In this document: positions 1 to 10,247 of the stretch, one piece after another | How positions within the stretch are numbered: position 1 is the stretch's first letter | Layout: each line of letters begins with the position of its first letter | Assembly (NCBI GenBank): GCA_965219995.1 | Contig: CBDCOX010000002.1 | Span: 1,568,001 to 1,632,000, forward strand | From: Candidatus Latescibacterota bacterium | Lineage (GTDB): Bacteria; Latescibacterota; UBA2968; GCA-2709665 | Direction of reading: 5' to 3' | DNA length: 64,000 nucleotides | Program-made: the position numbers and the translations under genes | The notes under the pieces: generated by a model | Seen by the model: the letters and a program-made list of their open reading frames with translations, nothing else | What the model was told of the DNA's origin: nothing | Database searches by the model: none

Positions 1-39
1 CATGGAACCGGAGCATTTTTCCTGCTCCTGGCTTTTTCC

Positions 40-142
40 TGGATCGGGTTCTTATCCTGCTCTTGGTTTCTAATCCTGATAATCCTGCAAATCCTGATTG
101 GTTTTGGTTCTTATCCTGTCTATCCTGTCCATCCATGTAAGT
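40..142. repeat. ATCCTG-based short imperfect tandem repeats ending ATCCTGTCCATCCATGTAAGT
   Basis: Repeated ATCCTG units; the terminal 21-mer recurs at 1351-1371. Confidence 0.7.
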
Positions 143-172
143 CTGCGTCTTTGAATTGTAGAAACCCAGGTA

Positions 173-1117
173 TCACCCCAACCGTTTCACCAGCCCGTAA
201 TCCACCAGCTGCCGCACCCGGTATCCGGCGCCGAAATAAATCTCCTGCGCCGGATTGTTGAGCCCCGTATGGAGCGTATTGCGTACCACACCCCGTTTCT
301 TGAACTCCGCACACATCAGATTGAACAGAACCGTACCGATCTTGCCGCGCCGATAGTCCGGATGCGTGCCGATCCCCGTAAAACTGCTCCTTCCATCCGT
401 TCCAACCCGGACCGGTCCGGCGAATCCCACCACCGCGGGGCCGTCCGTCGCAATGAAAACGGGATACGGGGGAACTCCGTCCAGGCATGACTTTACAGAA
501 GCCTCCCAGCCACCGGGGAACAATGCCTCCATAAACGCACACAGCGCCTCGCGGTGTCCGGCGTCGCATTGCCCGAACAGAATTCCTCTGGACCGGTTAT
601 TCTCGATAGCGCCCACGATCTCCTCGCGAAGTTCAAATTCGGCAAACGTCGTTTCCATAAACAGACTTACCGAACCTCGGTTGCGGAATCCCTGATTCAG
701 GAAAAACGTATAGGCCGGCGTCTTAATATCGACGCCGGTCGCGAACGTGATCGGGTTTCCCTTGTAACCGATCCGCATTTCCGTACACCCACGTCCCGCC
801 AGAAATTCTCCCGCGGCATCCAGGAGCCTGCCCCCAAACCCATTTTGCCGAAAGTCCGAATCCACCATCAACACGCTCAGGTAGCCCGTCTCTCCAGTCC
901 CGGGCGCAACCGCCAAAGCAAACCCGACAACCCTTGTATCCATCCGCGCAACCAACGCCCCCTTCCGGTCATAATCCGAATGGGCCAGGACCCGCTGTCG
1001 AAACCCCGCTTCATCCATCCGGAAATCGTACTTCCGGTCCGCAAACGCCCGCTGCCAGAGATCCATCACCGGCGCCAGGTCTTCATCCTTCCAGGATGAA
1101 ATCGAAAAAGTGCTCAT
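173..1117 (-). CDS. tandem-domain GNAT acetyltransferase
   Basis: Two acetyl-CoA motifs (VDSDFRQNGFG; THPDYRRGKIG). Confidence 0.85.
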   Translation of the reverse strand: MSTFSISSWKDEDLAPVMDLWQRAFADRKYDFRMDEAGFRQRVLAHSDYDRKGALVARMDTRVVGFALAVAPGTGETGYLSVLMVDSDFRQNGFGGRLLDAAGEFLAGRGCTEMRIGYKGNPITFATGVDIKTPAYTFFLNQGFRNRGSVSLFMETTFAEFELREEIVGAIENNRSRGILFGQCDAGHREALCAFMEALFPGGWEASVKSCLDGVPPYPVFIATDGPAVVGFAGPVRVGTDGRSSFTGIGTHPDYRRGKIGTVLFNLMCAEFKKRGVVRNTLHTGLNNPAQEIYFGAGYRVRQLVDYGLVKRLG

Positions 1118-1393
1118 ATCAAAACCCACCAATCCACTTAATCCGAATTATTCATGAAAACCGGTGTGTATGTTGTATAATCGGTTGATTTTAAATAACA
1201 TTAGCAGAATATATAACGATAACCTGTAAGAGTCTGGAATCGGGTTGGCCGGCGTAATGTTGGGGTTTCAGGGTGGTCGGAATTACGACGCGCGGTCCAT
1301 GGTGAGTCGATTCACTGCCGTTGCTCGTTTTGTCGCGCTATTTGGTTTTCATCCTGTCCATCCATGTAAGTTCCGTTTTATGAATTAGAGGGT

Positions 1394-1789
1394 TTAACTG
1401 CCGGGAAGGAAAGCGACGGCTTCGATCTCCACCAGGTAATCCGGATGGGCGAGACCGCTGACGAACAGCAGCGTGTTCGGGGGAAAAGCGTCCGTGACGA
1501 AGCGGTTTCGGACGCGGCGAAAGGCCTCGAGGTGGCTGCGTTCGGTGAGATATGTGGTCAACTTGACGATGTCGTCCAGACTGCCTCCGAGTTCCTCCAG
1601 GATGGCCTGAAGGTTCGCGTAGACCTGCCGCGTCTGCGCCTCGATGTCGCCTTGCCCTACCAGGTTGCCGTCCGGGTCGAGGGCGATCTGACCGGCAATG
1701 TAACAGGTGTCGCCGGCCTTCGCGACGTGCGAGTACCCCACACCCGCCGTCGAGTGGACACTTCCCGGATGTATGATCTCACGCGCCAT
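1394..1789 (-). CDS. RidA/YjgF family protein
   Basis: YSHVAKAG..YIAGQ, PPNTLL.VSGL, LVEIEA motifs; start MAREII. Confidence 0.9.
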   Translation of the reverse strand: MAREIIHPGSVHSTAGVGYSHVAKAGDTCYIAGQIALDPDGNLVGQGDIEAQTRQVYANLQAILEELGGSLDDIVKLTTYLTERSHLEAFRRVRNRFVTDAFPPNTLLFVSGLAHPDYLVEIEAVAFLPGS

Positions 1790-1891
1790 CGATCCCCACC
1801 TCCTGTATAATAGTCTCCAATATAATAGTCTCCAATTTCGCACGCTACCCGTCCCTCGAACCGGCGTTTGTACGGGCCCAGGAACCGATCC

Positions 1892-2302
1892 TCACGACCT
1901 TCCGGATAATCTTGCACCAATCCACGCCATCGGGATGTAAGCGCCAACCAGATCCACGACATTGAACAGGACCGGGCCCCCTATCATGATGACATTGGCG
2001 ATTCCTCCGATCAGGAACAGCCCGCCTACAACCATAGCCACTGCCATCCTGCAGCTTGCGGCGATCATGGCGGCCAGATACGCGCCCACGAGGGTCCCCA
2101 GCGCATGCGCCACCCATGGGAATATGAAGTGCCTGAATTCAAACAGGTGCATGGACGCCTTGATGGATTCCACGTTGGTCACGTCGACACCATCGGGAGG
2201 CGGGATGATTACAGGTCCGATCATGACCACAATCATATTGGCGATGCTACCCACCACGACACCGACGACGACGGCCAAGACATTCTTCAGCTTGGACTTC
2301 AT
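1892..2302 (-). CDS. small integral membrane protein
   Basis: 136 aa, about four hydrophobic segments, AGGAG RBS. Confidence 0.8.
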   Translation of the reverse strand: MKSKLKNVLAVVVGVVVGSIANMIVVMIGPVIIPPPDGVDVTNVESIKASMHLFEFRHFIFPWVAHALGTLVGAYLAAMIAASCRMAVAMVVGGLFLIGGIANVIMIGGPVLFNVVDLVGAYIPMAWIGARLSGRS

Positions 2303-2405
2303 AAATCACCTCTCCTGTGTGATGTTAAGTTACACCGGCAAACATGCTCATCAAATGGCTCCATCATAGACTCGCACGAGATCGGACGACACCGCGCCCC
2401 CAAAA

Positions 2406-2530
2406 GGCTACGGAGGACCATCACCGTAGCCCGTGGCCGGGCGTCCACAAGGGACGCCCCTACAAGGCGAGGAAGAGTGAATCGGGGCTGAACGTGCTTG
2501 ATTCGGTACCGCAAACTGGCAGTTTGCGGT
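2406..2530. repeat. cluster of REP-like palindromes
   Basis: Minus-strand GTAGGGGCGTCCCTTGTGGACGCCC (2439-2463), GGCTACGG..CCGTAGCC (2406-2431), ACCGCAAACTGGCAGTTTGCGGT (2508-2530). Confidence 0.6.
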
Positions 2531-2634
2531 GTGGTCGCCGGACCGTCGCCACAAACATACCAGGCGAACCTCAAGCCTTCAAATACTCGAAATCGACACC
2601 CCAGGAAACCCGACGGGGAACTATCGCGGATGCC

Positions 2635-3843
2635 TCAGGCGCGCATTCGATTGAGGCAATCCTCATAAGCCTCGAAGCGCTCTCCTTCGCGTTCTTCGGG
2701 ATCGACCTTCTTGAGGAACAACGCGCTGCCGGGCTTCTTGCCGGTGAATTCGCGGTGGCTTTTGATGTGCGCCGGGTTTTCACCGCTCCACTTAACCTCG
2801 CCGTCCTGCAGATATACGAAATTTCCTCCGTGTTCCTCGATCATCGCATGCATGCGATCGCGATAGAACAGTCCCTGCTCGCAGGCCGTTTCCCTAACCG
2901 TGGCCATGATGGCAGGCGGATCTTCCTCTTCCGAGTCGAATTCGTTCAAGGGGCCCTCGACCTCACTCTTGAAGTCAATTTCGTCGAGATCGACCGTTCC
3001 GAATCCGCTCTGGGCGGCCACGAGGAGATGGTTGCGGTCGCGACGGAATGGCGGCGTGGGCCAATCGGAAGTGGGCTCGTGCCCCATCAGGCGGGCGCCG
3101 ACGGCATCGGTGGCGATGATCTGGTCGCCCGCAATGAGGGCGTTGCAAACGCGGCCCTCGCCGTCCCACTCACGACCCCATTGACCGGTCGTGGCGTCCA
3201 CGATATTGAGACACGGGTTGGTGATGCGCGCCAGGTCGGGGAGCACGTAAGACAGGCGGATTGCATGGTGGAAGTAGGTTCGCACGCGTCCCTCAGGTGG
3301 GATTGTGGGTGTGAGGCCAAACAGATTCTTGGTGCAAAGCGTGACCCCCATGAAGAGGTGATTCTTCATCTTGGCGACGGAAACGACCTCATCTGCTTCG
3401 CTGAAGCAGCGGCTGAGCGTGTAGCGTTGAAACATACAGCCGCCGCCCGGAACGTCGTACTCTGCGAAGGGCGGGAAGTTTGATTCCACGTGCTCGACGT
3501 CGAATTCGTCGAGCAGCGGACGGTAGTTGAAGTAGTCCGTCGCGGCCCCGGACGCGTCACGGCAAAATGTGTCGGCGGCGACAAGGTCCGCAGAGGTCCG
3601 CTCGCGCAGGAGCCGAAGGACGGCGCGGCAGACGGCATCGTCGACGAGTTCTCGGCGGCGGCCCTCGAAATGAGTCACGTTTGTATGCCCCATGTTGAAC
3701 TTCAGGGCGATGCGCCCCGCTTTCTGCAGCTTCTCCCAGGAACGCGCCAGGGGGGCGGTTGCCCGTACAAGGTTCTCGTAGACCTCTTCGTCGGAGGCCC
3801 GGTGATCGCAATGGACTGCACGAACGCTGAATTCATGGTTCAT
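2635..3843 (-). CDS. DUF362 domain protein
   Basis: ALKFN, SVAKMKNH..GVTLCTKNLFG, NIVDA motifs; GAGGAG RBS before MNHEF. Confidence 0.8.
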   Translation of the reverse strand: MNHEFSVRAVHCDHRASDEEVYENLVRATAPLARSWEKLQKAGRIALKFNMGHTNVTHFEGRRRELVDDAVCRAVLRLLRERTSADLVAADTFCRDASGAATDYFNYRPLLDEFDVEHVESNFPPFAEYDVPGGGCMFQRYTLSRCFSEADEVVSVAKMKNHLFMGVTLCTKNLFGLTPTIPPEGRVRTYFHHAIRLSYVLPDLARITNPCLNIVDATTGQWGREWDGEGRVCNALIAGDQIIATDAVGARLMGHEPTSDWPTPPFRRDRNHLLVAAQSGFGTVDLDEIDFKSEVEGPLNEFDSEEEDPPAIMATVRETACEQGLFYRDRMHAMIEEHGGNFVYLQDGEVKWSGENPAHIKSHREFTGKKPGSALFLKKVDPEEREGERFEAYEDCLNRMRA

Positions 3844-3927
3844 CTCAATGTTCTCCTCTAGTAAACGGCGGTTCCGGTGTAGATCCGTCAGAGTCAATTG
3901 TGTCGAGTTTCAGAACGGTGCATCTGT

Positions 3928-3998
3928 CGATAACGGAAGCGGAGTTGTCTGCTGAACGGAAGCGCTTGATGCGCGCAGTCAGGGGTGTGCTGTTGCAA
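3928..3998 (-). repeat. attC-like site (degenerate)
   Basis: R'' TTGCAAC ... R' GTTATCG; GTGCTGTT end shared with other sites. Confidence 0.45.
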
Positions 3999-4067
3999 GC
4001 AGTCGGGTGGGACAATATACCTCAATCCACTCGTGGGACACCATTGCCATCTGTCATCGCCGCCCGA

Positions 4068-4775
4068 TCAGTCCTTGAAATCGTCCCGAACACAACGGAA
4101 TCCCAAATTGCCCGACCCACCCTTCAAGCGCACGCCTCCCCGTCTGGAACACCGCTTATGAAACGGGCTGGTATACCAGTCGCCACCCCGCGCCGACCGC
4201 GTTTCACCGCCCAGGGGTCCTACGGGACAGTACCTGCGGTCTTCTGTATACAGTCGCCGGTCATCTCTGCACCATTGCCACAGCGATCCAACCATGTCGT
4301 AGAGACCAAACCCGTTTGGTGGGTACGCGCCGACGTCGGGCGGGCCTTCGTCTCTCTCGCGATCTGCCGCCTGCGATCCATCAAATGCACCGTCACCCCA
4401 CGGATAAAGTGCATTGACCAGGCCTCCTCGGGCCGCCTTCTCCCATTCAGCCTCTGTGGGTAGCCTTTTTCCCGCCCAATCACAATATTCGAGCACATCC
4501 GGCAATGAAATACTCCTGACAGGCTGCAGAGGGGCATTCAGCCAGCTGTCCTGCCAGGTCTCCGGACGATAGTCTGCTGCCAGCATGAATCTATGATACC
4601 GATCTACGGAAACCAGGTGTACATCAATAGCGTATGCTTCCAGGTTGACGATATGTTGGGGCTTCTCGGCAAGGAAGGCTCCAGTGTAGCCCATATCATC
4701 GTCATTCACTGCGCCCATCAGGAATTCACCGGATGGTATCAGCACCATTTCCGAATCATCGTTCCGGGTGTACAT
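4068..4775 (-). CDS. FGE-sulfatase (SUMF1/EgtB-type) domain protein
   Basis: IPSGEFLMG, RLPTEAEWEKAARGG, NGFGLYDM.G, GFRC motifs. Confidence 0.9.
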   Translation of the reverse strand: MYTRNDDSEMVLIPSGEFLMGAVNDDDMGYTGAFLAEKPQHIVNLEAYAIDVHLVSVDRYHRFMLAADYRPETWQDSWLNAPLQPVRSISLPDVLEYCDWAGKRLPTEAEWEKAARGGLVNALYPWGDGAFDGSQAADRERDEGPPDVGAYPPNGFGLYDMVGSLWQWCRDDRRLYTEDRRYCPVGPLGGETRSARGGDWYTSPFHKRCSRRGGVRLKGGSGNLGFRCVRDDFKD

Positions 4776-5075
4776 ACGTGTTCCGCCGTCTGTATGCGTA
4801 CGTCTGCATCGTCAGGAAGAAGGGAGTCCTTTGGCTGTCTCAGTTCAGGCTCCGCCGCCCCCCCCAACGCACCTGAGCCAGTTTGCGTCGATGCGACTCT
4901 CACGGAGCGAACGAACAGGTCTGCCGACACATCGACGTCTATGAAGCAATACTCACTCGCCGACTCGGGGATCTACCGATGTGGTCTCGTCCTGTCTTTG
5001 CACATAGCCTGCGGATCACCGTCTCTGGCGGCAGAGCTACCGAAATCCAGACAGATGGGAAGTAGATGTATACCG

Positions 5076-5423
5076 TTAACCTCCGTTTTCATCCATTTCC
5101 TGCGATAGATCCACGAGCAACTGCAATTCTGTCACCGATCCTCGAGCCCACGTGTCTCGCTTGAACCGCTGGTGAAAGGCATCGATTTCATGTCTGGATC
5201 GCCCGGCGACCTCACGGGCGCGCTTCAGATCTTCGGATCGCATGTACGAAAGGAGATAATCTTCGCCACCCAATGTCAGCAGGAACCAGGACTCGACCTG
5301 CACTCCTTCATCGCGTAGTGTGTCCAACGCTTCGACCTTGCGCGCATTGATGGTGCTTGCCCATTTCGACACCCGGTCGCCGGAGTTTTTTTTAAGCTTG
5401 ATCAGGTTCGCTCTTACGTCCAT
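5076..5423 (-). CDS. DUF6176-like small protein
   Basis: EALDTLRDEGV..ESWF, H.IDAFHQRFK; stop lies within GGTTAAC. Confidence 0.7.
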   Translation of the reverse strand: MDVRANLIKLKKNSGDRVSKWASTINARKVEALDTLRDEGVQVESWFLLTLGGEDYLLSYMRSEDLKRAREVAGRSRHEIDAFHQRFKRDTWARGSVTELQLLVDLSQEMDENGG

Positions 5424-6457
5424 GGTCGCTCCGGGAATTTATCCGTACGGTATGTTATCTCATTTGATGATTCTGTCAGTCGACTGCCTGCCGCTGACGA
5501 ATCGAGAAGCGTCAGCACGGTTGTCCGGTCCCAGCCTCCCGGCCCCGGACCCTGGTACGCGGCGAGGATGTCCAGCAACCTTGCCAGCGAATGTAGTTTT
5601 AGAACCAACTCTTGCTCCGCACTCAACATTCCATAAGTTCGCCAGAAACATCCGGATATTTCCGGTGTAGTGATGAATACGGTAAGATAAAGATCTCTGG
5701 AGTCGGTAAATGCCGGAGCAATTTTGGCCTTTCCGAAATCGAGAACCGCTACCAGATTCAAGGTTTCCGGATCTACACGAAGATTATGCAACTGAAAGTC
5801 ATGATGGACAAGGGCATCAACTTCCGCTGCTTCCATAGAATCGACCTGGTCGGTCCAGAGCGCAATGCAGCGATCGAGCGTGTCTTTCCCCAGCCAGCCT
5901 TGTTTCCGTAGAAGCCCTATTGCGCGATGGAATCTGTTCTCCTCGGACTTCCGCCACTCGCTTCCGCTAACCGGGTCGCCGAGAATGGCGGCGACATCCG
6001 GCCCGATAGGAATTGCGTGGAGGTCCCTCATTTGCCCGGCGCATTGCGTGAGAATCTTTTCCTTGTCTTCGAAGCCAATCTCACTCCACACCCGGTCGCC
6101 ATCGACGCCTGCCGTGTACTCAATCAGCGCGTGAGGATACGGGACAGTGGCGTCACCCGATGAGACGCAGATCCACAGTGGCGTAGGCACCGAGGATTCA
6201 CGTTGGACTAATCTGACAACCCGTTCCTCCCTTCGCATCACCTCATCGTCCGAGCATCTGACCCAAACCTTTAATATGAGCGAATCACCATCAGGCAAGT
6301 CCAGAAGAAAAATCGCATTCGCTTCCCCTCGCTTCAATCGCCGGATCGAAGTCGGTTCCCGGATGCCGGCTTTTAAACAAACGGCCTGCGCGATTGGGAG
6401 CGAAAGATCATAATTGACGAATTCCTGGTATGTCAGCAGTGGCTTTGGTGAAGTCAT
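5414..6457 (-). CDS. aminoglycoside phosphotransferase (APH)-like kinase
   Basis: LVHHDFQLHNL and VLDFG motifs. Confidence 0.8.
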   Translation of the reverse strand: MTSPKPLLTYQEFVNYDLSLPIAQAVCLKAGIREPTSIRRLKRGEANAIFLLDLPDGDSLILKVWVRCSDDEVMRREERVVRLVQRESSVPTPLWICVSSGDATVPYPHALIEYTAGVDGDRVWSEIGFEDKEKILTQCAGQMRDLHAIPIGPDVAAILGDPVSGSEWRKSEENRFHRAIGLLRKQGWLGKDTLDRCIALWTDQVDSMEAAEVDALVHHDFQLHNLRVDPETLNLVAVLDFGKAKIAPAFTDSRDLYLTVFITTPEISGCFWRTYGMLSAEQELVLKLHSLARLLDILAAYQGPGPGGWDRTTVLTLLDSSAAGSRLTESSNEITYRTDKFPERPWT

Positions 6458-6482
6458 AAGCAAGTGAAAAATGGTCCGACAA

Positions 6483-6854
6483 TCACCTCGACCAATGGCT
6501 GTCGTAGGCCGCACGAAAATTCAACGGTGGTGATGTGACTGACATATAGATAAAGGTCCGGGTACCGGAATTGTAGAACCCATGAAGGTCACCTTCCTCA
6601 AATCGAACAACGTCACCTTCAGCGAACTCTGCGACCGCCCCATTTTCCAGAATCAGATTTCCGGAACCTTGCAAGGCGATCCATATCTGTTCCGATGCGT
6701 TATGTCGATGCGCAGGATTCGTGCCGCCAGGAGGGACAGAAACCTGTGTAATCGTAACCCTTTGCGACGATGAGTTTTCCGGAAACAGCAGTTGTCGAGA
6801 AACAATTCCAGAATTGCTGAACACCTGGATTTCCGCCGAGCGAATCAGTTCCAT
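6483..6854 (-). CDS. cupin domain protein
   Basis: H.H..SEQ.W....G.G and GD......G..HG motifs. Confidence 0.85.
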   Translation of the reverse strand: MELIRSAEIQVFSNSGIVSRQLLFPENSSSQRVTITQVSVPPGGTNPAHRHNASEQIWIALQGSGNLILENGAVAEFAEGDVVRFEEGDLHGFYNSGTRTFIYMSVTSPPLNFRAAYDSHWSR

Positions 6855-6879
6855 ATCGAATCCTTCCCAACCACTTTTC

Positions 6880-6973
6880 GGATAACGCGGTGACGGTTAA
6901 CGAACCGATGCGGATTTCCATAGGCCAAGGTGCCCGACGAATGGTGCAGCGCGGCACCGAACACCTGTTTGAC
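6880..6973 (-). repeat. attC-like site
   Basis: R'' GTCAAAC ... R' GTTATCC; family motifs GGCCAAGG and GCAGCGC (plus strand). Confidence 0.65.
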
Positions 6974-6979
6974 TAAGCT

Positions 6980-7420
6980 TTACTTACGTGCCTCCATCGA
7001 CTCGATCAGCAAGTCAATCTTGTCGTCGTAACCGGCAACGAGCTTTGGAAGTGCCCTGACATCGGCCCAAAAGAAATCGAACGGATGAATGAAAGATCCG
7101 TCCTCCGAATGCTCACCGTGACGCCACGTTTCTGCCGTTGGTCCCACCAAAGACAGATGAGAAAACCAGCGGTACTGTAGTTCATCGCTCCCACAGTCCC
7201 GCATATCCCGGGTGTCCTGCGCCAGAAAACGTACAAATCTGATCCGCGATAATCCCGTTTCCTCCTTTGCTTCTCGCAGCACCGCATCCCGGGGATTCTC
7301 CCCCGGCTCGATCGTACCGGCGGGCACCTGAATGCCAGCATCAGGCGCCCCGGGTTGCGTAAAGAGGAGCAGGCGGAGCTGAAAGGTAATATAGGCGAAA
7401 GCTCTGTGACGGATTTTCAT
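6980..7420 (-). CDS. NUDIX hydrolase (copy 1)
   Basis: GTIEPGE....AVLREAKEETGL; paralog of 14317-14757. Confidence 0.9.
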   Translation of the reverse strand: MKIRHRAFAYITFQLRLLLFTQPGAPDAGIQVPAGTIEPGENPRDAVLREAKEETGLSRIRFVRFLAQDTRDMRDCGSDELQYRWFSHLSLVGPTAETWRHGEHSEDGSFIHPFDFFWADVRALPKLVAGYDDKIDLLIESMEARK

Positions 7421-7562
7421 CGGCGTTGGGGTTGGGGAGACCCGTGTTTCACAAGTCCTGTAACATCGTCGGCACCCCCGTTGCCGGAAGTGCCGTGTCA
7501 ATCGGTGAGGAGATTTGTCAGTTTAGCCAAGGGTCAGGAACCAGACATTGCCCTTGGTTTTC

Positions 7563-7868
7563 TCATTCATTTCCTGCTTGTGCTTCTGACCAACGCGTGG
7601 CCATTCTCCTCAATTCTTCCTCATGGTCCGGCCAATCGTGAAGCGTGGCAGGATCGAAGTCAGCGCCATTAGGCCAGAAGAGAGTATGTACCTCAGAGTC
7701 AATACGCACCTGATTAAAGAGTACTTCATCCGTCAGAGGTCCGAACAACTCGCCCTTAAGAACTGGACGAAAATCAATGACCTGAGTCGTTTTATCGTTG
7801 AATCTGACATGGATCCGATGAGGCCCAACAATCTTAAATTCAACGACTTTATAGATTGGATGACTCAC
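7563..7868 (-). CDS. DUF2442 domain protein (orphan TA-associated)
   Basis: WPNGADFDP..L motif. Confidence 0.85.
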   Translation of the reverse strand: MSHPIYKVVEFKIVGPHRIHVRFNDKTTQVIDFRPVLKGELFGPLTDEVLFNQVRIDSEVHTLFWPNGADFDPATLHDWPDHEEELRRMATRWSEAQAGNE

Positions 7869-8159
7869 TCCATTCTCCCTTACAAAGGGATCTTATCGGT
7901 AACATCCCGCGCGAAATGTACCGAATTCTGCATTGGCAGGCAAAATCCAAATTCGTAGGGTTGCGAGGTTCTTCTGGTCCTCAGAGCTTCTCGAATACGC
8001 CGTTCATACCTCCATGTCGTTAGACTTCCTCGCGGACTGCAAAACCTAGAAGAAGGTCAGAGGACGGGTCCGTTACCTCGAACCCTGGGGCACGTTGTCA
8101 CCAGTGTACGCTACTTCGGTTGGGGGACGGTATGTATCGGGTTGGCTGATTCTCGCCTT

Positions 8160-9138
8160 TCAATCTATGCCTTCGATTGCAGCCTCACCCATACGAATCG
8201 CCGTATCCGGGAGCGCGAGTATCCGGTCTTCCAGGGCCCAGGTCGCCCGATTAGGCGAATTCGGTCCCCACTTCCGGTGGAGTTGGGAGAGACGCCTGGC
8301 ATAGTAGGCGGCAAAGATGAACGGGAGTGCGGTACGTTCATCTTCGGAAGGATGTCGTACTGAGAAGTACCCCTCCACGAACCGCTGCATTTCCTCATCG
8401 GTAAGCTGTCGACCCACGGTCCCCATCAGCCATTGCATCCGTACCATCACGACGTCTTCGAGCGCCGGAGCGAAGTGAGCCGAGTTGAAGTCGGTGAATC
8501 GGATTTCGCCCGAAGGGGAAGCAATCGTGTTCCAGCTTCTCACGTCTCCGCGGCAGAAGAGCCACCGGACATCCATTTTATCCGGCATGCCGTTCAACTG
8601 TGCTCGAAGCCGGGTAACAGCATCCGCCATGTCCAAGGAAAACGTCGTCCTCTCGCAATACTCGAGCGCCTCGGAGATGTACGTCCGCGCATCTTTGACT
8701 TCTGAACTGCAGGCTGGAAAGTCTTCGCTCGCATCGTGAACCCGTGCGAGAGCCTCCCCCACGTCGGCGAGCGTATCGACGCGGTCTACGACCTCTCCTT
8801 CAAGGAAGCTCTCGACCGATATCACCAGGTCTCGAACGGACTTGCAAGCGCCTCCCATCCGTGGTCAGGCGGATGTCGGGGCACGGCGCGCCGCGACAGG
8901 CAAGGTGTCGTACGAACGCCACGATGGTTTTGGGATGGGTCGCGCAGTCCCACCCCGGATTTGCGAGAAACACAACGCGTCCGTGCCGCAAGCTGTCGCA
9001 AAAGAAGACACACCGGGAATTCGCCCTGCGGACGCTGGTTACCTCCAGATCCCAGAATCGCTTGCAGAGATCCGTGATTTCCCCCTGATCAGGCAGCGGC
9101 CCCGTTTCGTCTCTGGATCTGGGATAGCGTGCATCCAT
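8160..9138 (-). pseudogene. phosphotransferase, frameshifted near 8856
   Basis: N-terminal (8800-9186) and C-terminal (8160-8858; RGDVRSWN, FTDF) ORFs overlap out of frame at a G run. Confidence 0.7.
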
Positions 9139-9245
9139 TGGTTTTCCCGGGCCGGGTCCCGGCCTTAACGGCGCATTGCCGCTCACGTTCCCCCGGGCGA
9201 CGACCTGCCGAAGCGCAGCTTAGAAATGTCGGTACGACGGCGCCT

Positions 9246-10244
9246 CTAGCCTTCAACGCCGCGTCCGTAGACCGTGCGAATTACGTCCTCGATGTCGGGC
9301 TCCTGGACGGACACGTCGCGCACCCGATAGTGGGCCGAAAGCTCCGCGATGAGTGCCGACGCAGACACCTGGCTCCTCGCAAAGCGGATGCGGGCGACAT
9401 TGTTGCGACGTTCGAGAATCTCTGCGTTGGGATGCGCGAAGCCACTCAGCGGCTCTCCGGCGCCTGGATCGCATTCCACGATCAGATAACGGTGCGGGGT
9501 GATCGAGTCGACGAGCGTGGCCAGTGGTCCGTCTTCGATGATGCGTCCCTGGTTGATGATGATGAGTCGCTCGCAGAGCTCCTCCACGTCGTCCAGGTCG
9601 TGCGTGGTGAGCAGCACGGTGGTGCGCCGGCGCCGGTTGATGTCGCGGATGAATGCCCGGATCGCAGCTTTCACCTCGATGTCCATGCCTATCGTGGGCT
9701 CGTCGAGAAACAGGATATCCGGCGCGTGCAGCATGGAACCGGCCAACTCCCCGCGCATGCGTTGCCCCAGGGACAACTGCCGCACCGGTGTGTCGAGGAG
9801 GTTGCGGATGCCGAGAACCTCGCAGAGCTCTGCCAGGCTACGCTCGAAGTCGTCGTCGGCAATGCGGTAGATCCGCTTGAAAAGCTCGTAGGATTCGCCC
9901 AGGCGAAGGTCCCAGTTCAGTTGGCTGCGCTGACCGAACACGGCGCCAATGCGCTGTACGACCGCCCGCCGTTGCCTCTGGGGCGACAGGCCGACGACGG
10001 AGACGCGCCCGGACGTGGGATAGAGGATTCCGGAGAGCATCTTGATCGTCGTCGACTTCCCCGCGCCGTTGGGACCGATGAATCCGACCAGTTCGCCCGG
10101 CTGAATCGCGAAGCTCACGTCACGCACCGCGTGCACCTCACGCCGGTTCGGCCGAAACAAGCCCTTCACCGCACCGGCCAGTCCCTTTTCCTTCCCGGTC
10201 ACACGGAAGGTCTTGCAAACCTTCTCCAACTCTATATGGGTCAT
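9246..10244 (-). CDS. ABC transporter ATP-binding protein
   Basis: GPNGAGKST, LSLGQ, FLDEPT. Confidence 0.95.
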   Translation of the reverse strand: MTHIELEKVCKTFRVTGKEKGLAGAVKGLFRPNRREVHAVRDVSFAIQPGELVGFIGPNGAGKSTTIKMLSGILYPTSGRVSVVGLSPQRQRRAVVQRIGAVFGQRSQLNWDLRLGESYELFKRIYRIADDDFERSLAELCEVLGIRNLLDTPVRQLSLGQRMRGELAGSMLHAPDILFLDEPTIGMDIEVKAAIRAFIRDINRRRRTTVLLTTHDLDDVEELCERLIIINQGRIIEDGPLATLVDSITPHRYLIVECDPGAGEPLSGFAHPNAEILERRNNVARIRFARSQVSASALIAELSAHYRVRDVSVQEPDIEDVIRTVYGRGVEG

Positions 10245-10247
10245 AAA

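Noticed and set aside
1806-1836. 15-bp tandem duplication TATAATAGTCTCCAA
   Set aside because: Only two units; simple local duplication
9163-9226. Possible attC sites at 9163-9226, 13790-13900 and 14240-14315
   Set aside because: Cores or arms too degenerate to call
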